Positions 24,100 through 36,147 of a DNA stretch of 64,000 nucleotides are shown here, one piece after another. This DNA is from Camelus dromedarius. Its lineage: Eukaryota. The notes below the pieces were generated by a model. It saw only the letters and a program-made list of their open reading frames with translations, was not told the DNA's origin and did not search any database. The stretch is from contig NC_087437.1 of NCBI RefSeq assembly GCF_036321535.1, positions 19,594,001 to 19,658,000 on the forward strand. Direction: 5' to 3'. Numbering within the stretch: position 1 is the first letter of the stretch; every line of letters begins with the position of its first letter. The position numbers were made by a program, and so were the translations under genes.

Positions 24100-24183
24100 A
24101 ACTGATACCTAAGGTGTGACATCTCTTAACTGATACCTAAGGTGTGACATCTCTTAACTGATACCTAAGGTGTGACATCTCCT
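24100..24183. repeat. 28-bp tandem repeat x3 (aactgatacctaaggtgtgacatctctt)
   Basis: Copies at 24100-24127, 24128-24155 and 24156-24183. The third has one substitution. No spacers. Confidence 0.97.
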
Positions 24184-24231
24184 AGGTGCACCTGCCTGGC
24201 TGGTGGGTGGGCTATCAAGGATGCAAAAGCA

Positions 24232-24967
24232 ATACACACTTCACATCCATTAGGATGGTTGTTATAAAACAAAAACGAGCAAGACAAAATACATGTTGGT
24301 GAGGATGTGGAGAAATTGGAATGCTTTTGCATTGCTGGTGGGAATGTAGAATGGTGCAGCTAGGTGGAGCGTGGTATGGCTGTTTCCCCACAAAATTATA
24401 CATAGAATTACTATATGAACCAGCAACTCCACTTATGGGTATATACACCAAAGTCTTGAAAGCAGGGGTTCAAACAGATGTGTGTATACCCACATCCAAA
24501 ACAGCATTTTCACAATAGCCAAAAGGTGGAAGCAAGTGTCTACCAACAAATGAATGGATAAACAAAATGTGGCATTTATGTACGGTGGAATGTTATGCAG
24601 TCTTCAAAAGGAAGAAAATTCTGACACATGATACAGCATGGGTGATCTTTGAAGACATCGTGCTAAGTGGGAGAAATCAGTCACAAAAGGACAAATATTG
24701 AATGATTTCACTTATACGGGGCTCTTAAAGTAGCCAAATTCATAGAGACAGAAAGTAGAATGGTGGTTGCCAGGGGCTGGGGGGAGGGGCAAGTGGGGAG
24801 TTTTAGTTTAATGAGCACCGTTTAAGTTGGGAAAGATGAAAGTATTCTGGTGATGGGATGGCAGTAACAGGTGATGGTTGCACAACAACATAACTGCACT
24901 TAATGCCACTTCAAAATGGTCAAAATGGTAAGTTTCATGTTATATATATTTCACCGCAATAAAAAAC
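24232..24967 (+). mobile_element. L1MB-like LINE-1 3' end
   Basis: gttggtgaggatgtggagaaattggaa...gctggtgggaatgta...tcacaatagccaaaaggtggaagcaa...ttcatagagacagaaagtagaatggtggttgccaggggctgg...caataaaaaa. Confidence 0.92.
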
Positions 24968-25016
24968 CCCAGTAAACTCAACCACTCTTCCTCCTCAACA
25001 TAAGACGGAGTAAAGA

Positions 25017-25046
25017 CAAAGTCACCAAAGTCACCAAAGTCACCAA
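25017..25046. repeat. 9-bp tandem repeat x3 (caaagtcac)
   Basis: caaagtcac caaagtcac caaagtcac caa read directly. Confidence 0.9.
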
Positions 25047-25144
25047 GCTGCTTCTAGACACTTGTTGGGAAGACACATGAGGTAAGAGCTCAGGAGATGC
25101 CCAGATGTAAGGAACTAATAACATTTCCTGGAGGACAGGGCTCT

Positions 25145-25600
25145 GTATTTGTTAGGGTGCTTTAGGTTGCAATTCATGAAAAAGTCAATGTAAACTGGCT
25201 TATAAAATAAAGGGGATTTCATGGATCACATTAGTAAAAACGTCCACTGGTCGGTGAAGTTCATCATGGTTCTGACTCAGTGTTTCTGTAGAATTTTCTT
25301 CTACTCTGCCATTCATTATGTGCCAGTTTCTCCATCTTTGAGGTTACATTCTAATAGCAAAATCACAGCTTTCTGGGAAACAGGTCCTCCATGAGCAAAG
25401 AGAAGCAGAGAAAACAGAAGAGAAGCAGTGCTCTTGGACTCTTGCTAGTTTTCCATTCCTGGTTGTAGGCCTTTCTGGTTTCCAGTTGCCTTCTGATCCT
25501 TGAGTGCTGACACACACCTTTAAAATAAATTCTCACTTTCTGTTTAATCCAGCCTCGGCCAGTTTCTGTTACTTGCAACCAAAGAGTCCTAATAAACATG
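25145..25600. mobile_element. Two ancient ERVL/MaLR LTR 3' fragments in opposite orientation
   Basis: Left end tgtatttgttagggtgctttaggttgcaa (minus-strand LTR end). Right end aataaa...gtttctgttacttgcaaccaaagagtcctaataaaca (plus-strand LTR end). Confidence 0.6.
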
Positions 25601-27504
25601 ATAGAACCCCTCCTTTAACTTATACCTTTCCTTTTCCCCCACCCCCTCCCCCTAGTCCTCTCTACCTAGGCATCTGAGTGAGTTTTCTCCACTACAGAAA
25701 CTGGAATTTGGAGCCAGGAAATGCTCAGAGTTACTCACCTACTCTTCCCCAGCTCATTAACCTGCAAGCAAACTTGTATGTTTTGCCATATTCCCTAGGA
25801 GGCTTCCTGGTCCGTCATGTAAATGTCCCCCAACTGAGCACAGCCCAGCTGCCCTCCTGACTACTTTAAAGGGAGCACATTTTAGGATAAAGGTGTGACT
25901 CTTACTAACCATGTCTTCCCAAACTTAAGGTAGATCCAGGGAGTACAGGTGCTGGGTCAGCTACTTCCTGCCCCCTCCCAGGGCCTAGTTTAGAGTTGAT
26001 GCTCACACCTGAACTTAGAGGTGGATTGATGGATGGATGATGAGATGGCCTTACATTTCTGATTTCTCACTGGCAACTTTCTTCATTTAGAAAATAGATC
26101 CCTTGAAATGATAACAAGATACACTAGTTTAAAGTGATTGCTTACACTATTCAAATTGCTCTGCTTAATTGCTTCTAAAAGTGACTAGAACTCGAGAAGG
26201 GAAGAGCTGTAAAAGCGGAATCTGCTCTCCAGCTGGATCCTCTTATAAGCAGATACGAGTGACTCCTAGTTTATAAGTTTCTGAATGATAAACTAGTGTC
26301 TCATCTAGTTTCCATTAGGCACCAAGGGTAATGGGAAAAGGGAAGTGTCTGTTCTGAACAAAAGAAAAACTTTTGGTTGCTTAGTCTCTTGTTATTAAAG
26401 CCAGTTGTAGAGCACATTGGGGACCTCCTCCCAGAAAGCAAAACAAAACAAAAATTCAAAACAAAAATCAGGCACACCCTGCTGTTGCTCTGTGGTTTCT
26501 TTGTATTCTCCCAGAGCTGGAATCTGGGGAAAATTGGTCCTCATGAACGTGCTTTGTTATCTATCTTTTCAATATTTAATCAACGGAAGTGAATTAAGTA
26601 ATTCCACTGAGCAGGTAAGATATAGAATTCTCTGGAAGGGGATAGGCATATAAGTTAGGAAAAAGTTCTACTGAAGTTTTGTGTGTTGAGTCCAAGAATT
26701 CTTGATCTCAAGAGGTGATAAAGAGGAGAGAGATGTCTAGGAGTGTATGAGAAAATAATACTTGCCTTCTTCGAATTGGAAGGAGAGAGCTGGGGCAGAG
26801 AGAAGACCTCTCAGAAGTCAGCCTTCATGGGTTTTCAATGCAGTTAACTTTGAAGGGTATAAAGGAAATAGGTGGTGGTGATGGAGGAAGGAGATGGGGA
26901 GGGGAGCGGTGGGGAAAATGATGGTTCTGAGAAGCATTAGGACAGAGAAGAGCAATCTGCAGGCTTTTCTGTGTGTTCTGAATAACACCTCCTATTTTCT
27001 GTGAAAAATGATCAAAGACAAGATTCAGGAAAGAAAAGGCCTTCAGCAAAGGCTCTGGGCTGGTGATGAAAGATTGCATGGTTGGAAGTGTCTGAGGTGT
27101 CAGCCTGAGTCCTCTTCATCAAAGTCACCACACAGATGTTTGTTCAAGGAGGACAGATGACTGTCACTGGTCATAGACATGCTTTCCTGCTTGGAGAGGA
27201 ACTGGACAAAAGGTCACTGGCCAGAACCAGTGTCCACTTGAGTGGATGAGACAGCCAGAGAGTGCCTGCAGCCACACATGGAGGCTCCAGGGGGTTGTAA
27301 CTAAGGATGAACCTAACAACATGGGGGCTCAGAAGGGGGCACAAACCACTACAGAGCCTCCTGAAACATGAAAGACAGGGTTATGGGGTACAGGGTTTTG
27401 TGGGTTGATGCAGATCTCTCCTCTCTCTGAATCAGCTGGCCATTCCCAAATAAGAAATATTTCCTGAGAAAGGAAGGATTTCAATTTCAAATGTAAGCCT
27501 CAGT

Positions 27505-28184
27505 ACAGCCATTATGGAAAACAGTATGGAGCTTCCTCAAAAAACTAAAAATAGACTTACCATATGATCCAGCAATCCCACTCCTGGGCATATATCCAGA
27601 GGGAACTCTAATTCAAAAAGATATATGCATCCCAGTGTTCACAGAAGCACTATTTACAATAGCCAAGACATGGAAGCAACCTAAATGTCCATCAGCAAGC
27701 AGATGACTGGATAAAGAAGTTGTGACACATTTATACAATGGAATACCACTCAGCCATGAAAGGGATAAAATAATGCCATTTGCAGCAACATGTACCTAGA
27801 TCGTTGTTCTAAGAGAAGTAAGCCAGAAAAAGAAAGCAAAATACCATATGATATCAATCATATGTGGAATCTGAAAAAAAAAAAACAAAGAAAAAAGAGG
27901 ACACTAATGAGCTCATTTCAAAAACAGAAACAGACATAGTAAACAACCTTATGGTTACTGTGAGAAAGGGGAGGGATAAATTTGGGAGTTTGAGATTTGC
28001 AAACCATACCCACTATAAATAAAAATAGATAAAATAAACATAGGGAACGATATTCATTATCTTGTAATAACCTTTAATGAAAAAAATATGAAAACAAATA
28101 TATGTATATATGCACCAGAAGTTGACACCTTGTAACTGACTATACTTCAGTAAAAAAATAGATAAAAAATAAAATTAAAAAAAT
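27505..28184 (+). mobile_element. LINE-1 5'-truncated 3' end, subfamily B (probably camelid-specific)
   Basis: cagccattatggaaaacagtatgg...atccagagggaactctaattcaaaaaga...ttgtaactgactatacttcag followed by an A-rich tail. Perfect 14-bp TSD atgtaagcctcagt (27491-27504 / 28185-28198). Confidence 0.96.
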
Positions 28185-28190
28185 ATGTAA

Positions 28191-28340
28191 GCCTCAGTTT
28201 GTATAATCTGTCATATCAGGGTAACAACGTGCCTACCTCATGGAGTTGATGTGAGGAATAAATAAAACAATCTCAAGCCCTTAGCACAATGCTTGGCATA
28301 TATAGGTACTCAATAAATTTGATTGCTATTGGTATTCATG
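28191..28340 (+). mobile_element. MIR 3' half (target of the L1 insertion)
   Basis: gcctcagttt...atctgt...cctacctcatggagttgatgtgagga...cttagcacaatgcttggcatatataggtactcaataaat. Confidence 0.85.
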
Positions 28341-28359
28341 TTACTGTAAGTATTTATTA

Positions 28360-29390
28360 TTTTCTCCAGGACTCTTCTTATCATTCAGAAAAAAACAGAA
28401 ACCACTCTAGATCTTTCAAATACAGGAATTTAACACAGGGAATTGGTGTTGTAAATAATAGAAGAGCTGAGAAGCCAAACCATGGGATGGCAGGGACTCC
28501 TAGAGGTTAGCCACAACAGGAAACTGCTGTCAGTGGGGTCTGTACAGTGACAAGTGGGACAATAAAGGAATGATCTGTCTCTCTGGGGTCAAAGGAGAAG
28601 AGTAGCCATTACTTCTAGCCCTTGCTAAGAAAAATCACCAGAGGTAATGCAGACAAGAAGTAATACGCTGATTTCTTCATTCTGTTAGAGCAGGCAGACA
28701 GCTAGATTTGAGTAGACAAAGGGGGTATCAAATGGCAGGAAACCATACATCTTGTGAACAACAGGGGTCCATGGGCAGACAGAGAAAGGCAAGAATCTTG
28801 AGACCGATAAGAGATCATAACTTTTGGGGTGACAAGTGTCCTGGAGGCAAGCGAAGAAAGGTGGGAAAAGGCAGGAATCTCCAGTGTCCCAATGTAAACT
28901 TTTGTTCATTATGCCCTCATTACAATAAAATTAGCCTTGCAGATAAGAAGTACCCATGATGCACCAACGCCATGACACTTCAGATCCATACTAAACGAGG
29001 ACAAAAATCCCTCCTCCCCTCAGGAAGGTAGAGCTGGAATGAATATCAGGGAATATGACCCCAAACACTCCCTCCCCAGTGAATATTCCTCCCATTCTTT
29101 TTTACACCCTATGTAACCAACTTGCCAGAGAAACTCAGCTCAGCTGCTCATCTGAGCCTGCCCGCTCTCCCCTTGAAAGTGTCCTACCTACAGCTTCATA
29201 AATCTTCACTTTACTTTCTTGACCTCTGTGTCTTGTCTCTGAATTCTTTCTGTGATGAGACAAGAACCTAACCACTGGCAACATTTTCCCCCGCTCTCCA
29301 GTCTTCCATTAGTGTCTTCCATTAGCTGAACCTACGTGGGAGTATGTTAGCAAGGGGGCCTGGGAAATGCAGATTTGCATCATAAAGTAG
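28360..29390 (-). mobile_element. Ancient ERVL-type LTR split by a younger ERV1 LTR
   Basis: aacagaaaccactctag...ggaatttaacacagggaattggt...gaagagctgagaagccaaac on the left resumes after 29283 with ttccattagctgaacc...gcaagggggcctgggaaatgcag. Confidence 0.55.
28683..29283 (+). mobile_element. ERV1-like solo LTR (~600 bp)
   Basis: TGTT...AACA termini. U3/R/U5-like layout with a polyA-like cttcataaatc followed by tctctgaattctttctgtgatgagacaagaacc. TSD only partial (cattc / ttttc). No PBS or internal genes. Confidence 0.75.
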
Positions 29391-29732
29391 AGAAGGAAAA
29401 GAGAAGGGAATGGACACAAGACCACTTTTCCCCATAAGGACTGAAGAGCCGACCTGCTGTGGTCCTGGGAAGTTGATCAAGACGGTCTTTGCTCTTCCCG
29501 GACTTTTTGCCCCTGGGCTTGTCCTCCACTGATTATTTCACTCCGTCTTCTTCATTTAAGCCTCCTCTCAGCGCTTTTCTTTCCTCTAGATGTCCGTGGC
29601 TGGCAATAGTTTAAAGGGCTGCCTCTTGGGGAGTTTATATAACATGGACCAAGGCCATGAAATAAGGAAAGATGTTTCAACGGTGACATTTCAGGCTTTA
29701 GATACATGAGGGTTTTTTGGTTGTTGTTTTTT

Positions 29733-29916
29733 TCCTTTTTGTTTTTTGGGGTTTTTGTTTTGTTTTTTTTTTGTGGGGGGAGGTAATTAGGTTCATTTAT
29801 TTATTTTAATGGAGGTGCTGGGGATTGAACCCAGGACCTCATGCACGCTGGGCATGCGCTCTATCACTTGAACTATACCCTCCCCACCCCCTGACTTGAG
29901 CTATACCCTCCTCCCT
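29733..29916 (-). mobile_element. tRNA-Ala-derived SINE (Vic-1-like), long form with duplicated 5' head
   Basis: gggaggtaattaggttcatttatttattttaatggaggtgctggggattgaacccaggacctcatgcacgctgggcatgcgctctatcacttgaactataccctcccc. TSD gttgttgtttttt (29720-29732 / 29917-29929). Confidence 0.92.
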
Positions 29917-30029
29917 GTTGTTGTTTTTTGCTTGATTTGGTTTAACCCCAGGACCTTCATTCCTAGAGTCCTGAGAATTACAACACACAAGCTCCATTTA
30001 TATATACAGATGGTTTCATTTGGCATCAC

Positions 30030-30175
30030 AATCCTGTGATGTAGATAGACAGGAATGGATTTCCCATTTTTAAAAGAATGCTTAGGGAGTTGAAGAAGCA
30101 TGTTCAATGTGATGTAGCTTTAACTGGGAGAGCTGGGATTCAAATCCAGGCTTCTCTGACTCCCAAGCCAGGGCA
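30030..30175 (-). mobile_element. MIR fragment
   Basis: tcacaatcctgtgatgtag...ttcccatttt...gagctgggattcaaatccaggcttctctgactcc. Confidence 0.75.
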
Positions 30176-30269
30176 GAAGTCTCCCCACTCTACACAATGC
30201 CTTTCTCCAGGGAGAAAGAATGGACTCAAGGATGATATCGTTCGTTGGAGCAGTTCATTCTTTCTGCTA

Positions 30270-30930
30270 GTGAAACGCCTCCTTTATCACATATTAAATC
30301 CCACATATGTGGGTGTGTTTCTGGAATATCTTTTTCTCCCCAATTTAATCTGTTTATCTGCTCCTGCATGACTATCTGGTTGCTTTAATTACTTTAGCTT
30401 CGGAGGATAACATACGGCAAAAAACTTCCCTTCTTTCTCCTTCTCCTTTTCTTAACATTTTTCTTGGTGGTTCTTACATATTTTCTTTCACAGGATAAAC
30501 CTGAAATCTACTCACCAAATTCCAAAAAGAAATCTATTGGACTTTTGATTGGACTATATTGAATAGCAAATTAATTTGAGGAGAATTTCATCTTTGCAGT
30601 AGCAAATCTTTCTGTGTAACAGCTTGGGATTGCTCTCCATTTACTCAATTCCTTTTCATGTCCTTTGGTAAAGTTTTACGGCTTTATTCAAGCAGGTCTT
30701 GCGCATTTCTTGTTAGATTTATTCCTGGACTTATTACAGTCTTGGCTGTGGACGTGAATAAGGTATTTCCTCCCATGACATTTGGTAACTGGCTGTTGCT
30801 GGTGTAGAGGAAGCCCCTGGTTGTTGTATGGTCTTACATCCAATCACCTTCCCACGCTACTTTGTCGGTTTTTATGGCTCTTCAGTGCACTGTCTTGGGT
30901 TTTCTAGGTAGGGAATCAGATTGTCTTCCC
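30270..30930 (-). mobile_element. Old L1M ORF2 fragment
   Basis: ttttgattggactatattgaat...aattaatttgaggagaatt...gcatttcttgttagatttattcct...gttgctggtgtagaggaag...tcttgggttttctaggta. Confidence 0.8.
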
Positions 30931-31487
30931 TAGTGTATTTAAAAGGCTCTTCCCTTTAATGCTTTTATTTTCCCCACCAAGCACTCTATAATTTATCTCA
31001 TTGCCTTTATATCCTGTCTTGAGTTATTATAATGTCTGTGTATTTTATTGCCTTTAGTAAATTGAGAGTAGAAATTGTCTTATTTATCTTTATGCCATCT
31101 CTCCCCATTCCCCCACGACTTCTGCGTATTACTTGGCATAATGTATATAGTATATGCTCAATAAATGTTTCTGTATTAATTAGTCATGCCTTGTAACGTA
31201 GTGAATTATGCATGTTAACTTCAGATTGTGTTAAAATAACATTTTGTTTTAACCAACTGTATCCTAACCTGATTTCTCTGAAGCCTGAGGCTTTTGCCCC
31301 AGTTCAGGCAACCAGACTGGAATTGCACTGCCCTGGAAAAGAAGGACCTCAGAGTACAAAGCAGAACAAAGATATCAAGCTCTTGGTTGTAGAATTCAGA
31401 AGTCAGGCCCAGACAAAAAAGGCAAGCTTTGTGGTCCATGAAGTTTCATTCCACTTCCTATTCAGCCTAAAATACACACCACCCCAC

Positions 31488-31490
<3 letters not shown>

Positions 31491-31535
<45 letters not shown>
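31491..31535. repeat. (AC)n microsatellite, ~22 units
   Basis: Perfect run read directly. Confidence 0.98.
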
Positions 31536-31538
<3 letters not shown>

Positions 31539-33149
31539 AAAACTAGACAAAGATTCCAAAGAGGAGGCCCTGTGAAGCTATCCCCAAATCAGCAAGAAGA
31601 ATCTCGTGCGTGGAGCCCTGTCTGACTAGGGCCATCAGTGACCCCAGGAAAGCTATTGGCCTTTCTGTTGATGAACAGGGGACACCGCCCTAGCCGAGGA
31701 GTGAGGAGCAGCGCTTGTTATCCTTTAAGATGCAGCAAGGAGATCACCCTTCAACATCAGTCACCAGGTCAGGGTGGGTGAATTACCAGGAGGAATGCTC
31801 TCTTGGGCCCTGAAGCTTTGCTAAATTCCCATCTTACCCACCCCAGGCTAACACTGTGTTCTCCACGGGCCAGAGAGGAGAGACGGCCTTGACATGTAGA
31901 GGGGTGGCAATGACCTAGAAGGAAACACCTTCTTCTTCTGTACCCACCAACTCTTGGCAAGAAGGCCTAGAAGAGACTTGCTCATGTCTCCTACCTGGTG
32001 GAGGCAGAGTGGAAACAATCACCTGTTTACAGTGGCAGAGATTGGCTGAGTCCATGAAGGATGTTCATCTGCTGGGAGAAGGTGTGGAACTGAGCCTGAG
32101 GGCTGCTCTGCAGATGCAGGTGAAGTGATGGCTTAGAGCAGCAGGATGAGAGGAGGTCCCTTCCCCACTCCTTCTCAGACCAGCCACCTTCCCCATTGCT
32201 CCCACTTACAAGGTGCCAGTCAGGGGATGAGGCTCCAGGCTCTCTGCTGGAAGGGCCTTCCCGGGAGCCTGCTGCAATAACAGTTCCAGGACCTCAATCT
32301 ACCTACCTCTTCAGCTGGTAGAGGAATTAGCCACAGGGAATGGGGCCTGGGTTTCCAGGCAACAGAAATGCTTCAAAGCTGGGTTTCGATGCTCTTGTGA
32401 GCCGCCTTCTAGAGTGCTGTCACACTGGGATTCAGAAGTGTGGGGTGGGATACAGTGCTGTATAGTCTGGAGACATGAGATGGGGTGGGTACCATTAACG
32501 TGTTCCAAGCTGAACCTCAGCCCTGAGTACAGTAACTTTAGAAAATCAGAGAATGTTCTAAACTGGGAGGGCTTCCGAGATGCTAATTTCAACTTGATTC
32601 TTATACTGCTGGGACCCCAAGAGCGGTCATGGCAGGCCTGTGGTCCCACAGACAATCAATGTCATCTCCACGTGCCACCCCCAGGCACTGTAAGTCTTCC
32701 CACACCTCTGATCATGAAGCAGCCTAACTGCCAGCCTTTTAGCCCAGTCCACTGCAGCCTGGTGTTTACCCCTGCATCACCACCTTCAGAGAGGGTGCTG
32801 TGAAAGCAGGCTGTCTTCCCTTCTCTCCTGGAACACCCAGCATGCGAGCTAGTGAACCAGGGGGTAGTCCATGGATGTTTGTTGAGTGAATATGTAAACT
32901 TCACCTCCTCACTGCTGAGTCAAAACATGGGACTAAGAGACAAAACAAAGCAATTCTTCCTCTCCTACCCTACCCTGACAGCTGTGTGCCCTGGAGTAAG
33001 TCAGGTAGCCTCTCAGGGCTTCGCCTGCAAAATGGGAGGAATCGTGGATGCTCTAAGGGCCTAGTAGGACCATGCAGTAACAGTGGTCCAAGAGTTATAA
33101 GTCTTCTGCAAAAGTAAATGTGCTCTTCCTTTGCACACATACTTGGCCC

Positions 33150-33600
33150 TCTCTGATCTTTCCTAGGGCAGCCGTAACAAGTACAACAGACTGAGTGGCT
33201 TAAAACAACAGAACTTATCATCTGACAGTTCAGGAGACCAGAAGTCTGAAGTCTAGGTGTCAGCAGTGTTGGTTCCCTCTACAGACTCTGAGGGAGAACT
33301 CTTCCTTGCCTCTCCCAGTTTCTGGTGGTTGCCAACAACCTTTGGTGTTCTCTGGCTTAGAAATGCACCCCTCCAATCTCTGTCTCTGTCTTCACATCAG
33401 TGTCTTCTCTGCATTTCTGTGTGCCCCTTTCTGTTTCTGACAAAGACACTCATTGGGTTTAGTGCCCACTCTAATTCAGCATGATCTCATCTTGATCCTT
33501 ACCTTAATTATACCCACAGAGGCCCTGTTTCTAAATAAGGTCACATTCTGAGATTCCAGGTGAACATGAATTTTGGGGACATTCTTCAGCCCCCTAAAAA
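33150..33600 (-). mobile_element. MLT1C-type MaLR solo LTR
   Basis: ttcctagggcagccgtaacaa...gtggcttaaaacaacagaa...ccagaagtctgaagtctaggtgtcagcag...ttctggtggttgcc...aaataaggtcacattctgag. Confidence 0.92.
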
Positions 33601-33829
33601 CCTGTAATTCCATTAACCAGATTTGGTTCTCTGCTCCAGTTCATCGAGTCATGCAGTTTCTCTGGGTAACTGGGTCTACAGCTGACAGCCCCCAAATCCT
33701 GTGAAGGAACAGGAAGAGAAAGAGAAAGATGACTGCTTGTTGGAAGGGTTCTGAGATTATAAATGGGATGCTAGGATTTAAACCTAAGTCTATCTAACCC
33801 AAAGCCTATTTCTTTCTATTACACACATT

Positions 33830-34630
33830 GTACATGAGCGGCCACTGGGCACTGAGGACACAACTGTGGAAAAGGCCCATAATATGGACCTTGCATTCTG
33901 GTCAGGGATACAGGCAACAAACACACAGGACAATATTAGGAAGCATAAGTGCTCTGATGACAATGCACCAGGGTGGTGTGATGGGGACCTGGGAAGAGTG
34001 GTGTTCAGCAAAGAGATCCCTGGGAAGAGACGCCAAAATGAAGACTCGGTATCAAGAAGAAGCCAGTCAATGGCAGGGGGAATAGGATGTGCAATGGCCT
34101 TGAGGTGGGAATAAACTTAATGAGTCAAAAGAACAGAAGAAGATCCAGTGGGTTTGGAATAAAGTGGGAGTGGGAGATGGATTAGAAAAGGAAGCAAGGG
34201 CCAGATCAAGTAAGGTCTTCTTGTTCATGGGATAAAGGTCTTGTGTGTTTTTTAAGGCTGATGGGAGGCCTTGGGAGGGACTGGGTCAGGGGGTGTCATG
34301 TGCTCTAATGGTGCTTTTAAAATATTCTCGCTCTTGTGTGGAGAACTGACCGTGCCACGCCAAGGGGGAAGCAAGAGAAGGGTTAGGAGGCCCTTGTGGG
34401 TGTCCAGGTGAGAGAGGATGGAGGCTGGGCTGGGAGGGAGGCTGTGTAGACAGATGGAAAAGGGTGGAGGGAGGGAGCCTGTGGAAAGAGCTGGACAGGG
34501 TAATGGATTAGACACAGGCTGTGATTTGAAGGAAGAAGCAGAGAAAGTCCCTCAGTTTTGACTTGACCAACTGGGTGGAAGAAGGTGTCCCTTCCCAAGA
34601 AGGATGTCTGGTGAAGGTGGGAATTCGATT
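33830..34630 (-). mobile_element. L2 LINE fragment
   Basis: cactgggcactgaggacaca...tgcaatggccttgaggtggga...agggccagatc...tgatgggaggccttgggaggg...gtgtccaggtgagagagg. Confidence 0.85.
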
Positions 34631-35959
34631 GTGTTGGGGTAGGGGTCAGAGTGGGGATGGGAGCCATTCTGCCGCCTCCAGTCCCTTATCCACCCTCCTT
34701 CCCCAGGAACTTTGTGTCAGGTGTCAGCCACCATCCACTTGCTAGTGTGCTGTAGGCCATCACATAATTTCCCTTTCCATCAGCTTCCTGCAAGTGGAGT
34801 GTGGAAAACCCAAGATGGTGCTGGAAGGAGGGTGAAGGGAGGAGGATTCTGGAGCCTGGTGCAGCTCTGAAGGCAGCTTGAGGAGGGAGGGACACTTCTG
34901 GGGAATCTCAAAGGCAGGCATGGGGCTTTTGGGGGACAGGAAAGCTGCTGTCATGGAAAAGAGGGCCCCAGCACCAGGAAACTGGGGTGGGGAAGGGCAG
35001 GTATCACCAACTTGATGGTGCCAGGAATGGCAGCCTGAGTAATGGGGTCAGAAACTAGGGGGATGATAGCAGCTGGAGGTGGAGGAGGGGCAGCAGGGCC
35101 ACGAGTTGAGAAGTAACACTGTGGCCATTAGCAAGGCAAGGTGTGTTCTTGGGGTGGTGCTGGCAGATGGCATAGTGTGGGCATGGTGCCTCGGTGACCC
35201 ATACAGGATAGCCCCATCCCCTGTAAACCATGCTCCCCCCAGCCAACCTCCCGCCCGGGAGAGGATCTGATTAGCAGAAGTGCACCAAGATGGCCATGCC
35301 TGAAACCAGTTAGCACATGATCCTCCTTCTCACCTTCCACATTTCCTGAAGGATTTCAAGTTTAACAGGTGATGAAAATGGTAAGCTGGAAGATGAAACT
35401 CTCACTGTGGTTTATCAGGCGTCAGCCAGACGTGGGGGATGTATTCTCCTTGACACATCCAGCCTCTACACACCCCTCACATCACACCACGCGAGCGCCA
35501 GCCTCCTGCTCCACTTGTGAACAAGCTCTGCCCATCTCTCCAACCGTCAGAATATCCTATTAATCAGAACATCTTTCTTCCCAAACACACATTTTCTGTA
35601 AGGGGGGCTGTGTAGACACGATATTTAAGTGTAAATATTTTTAAATTGGTATTTATTCTAGATGTATTCCCAGTAGGGATCTGAGGCAGCTTACCCATGA
35701 ATTAGGGCAGTTAAGAGAAAAGATTTTTTAAAGGCCTTGCTGAAAGGACATAAAAGAAGGAAAGGAGGAAATTGCATCAGGAAATCAGAACAAGAGATAG
35801 TGATCTCTACATTTAGCTCAAACTCATGGCACTCCTAGAAAAAAGGGAAGTGCATTTGCTTATCTCTGCACCTCAAAAAGACAAGCGCACAGAAGGAAGT
35901 ATCTCTGGAAGTGGAGCGATGTGCGGTACTGGAGGGGAAAAAGTGCCTTAGAGACAAAG

Positions 35960-36085
35960 ACCTACGATCCAGGTGTGACACTGGACAAGACATTAGCTTC
36001 TTCGAGCAAGAGGTTTCTTATCTGTAAAATGAAGGCAGTTATTGTAAGCAGGGTGCCTAGCAGGCACTCTCTCCATCCCTGGCTC
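35960..36085 (+). mobile_element. MIR fragment
   Basis: tgtgacactggacaagacatt...tttcttatctgtaaaatgaagg...cagggtgcctagca. Confidence 0.65.
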
Positions 36086-36147
36086 ATAATTCTAGGAGGA
36101 AATGTGTTATGTGTCACCTTACATAAGAACCGGCAGGAACAAAGAGA

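Noticed and set aside
24100..24183. 28-bp repeats as a CRISPR array
   Set aside because: The units are directly adjacent with no spacers, there are no cas genes, and the context is eukaryotic.
25145..25600. Apparent terminal inverted repeats suggesting a novel MITE
   Set aside because: Both ends match the common 3' terminus of ERVL/MaLR LTRs (...ttgcaacc...aca). Two oppositely oriented LTR fragments explain it, and I see no TSD.
31212..31625. ORFs with HT or CV dipeptide runs (also 15262-15528 and 3113-3325)
   Set aside because: They are translations of (CA)n/(TG)n microsatellites.
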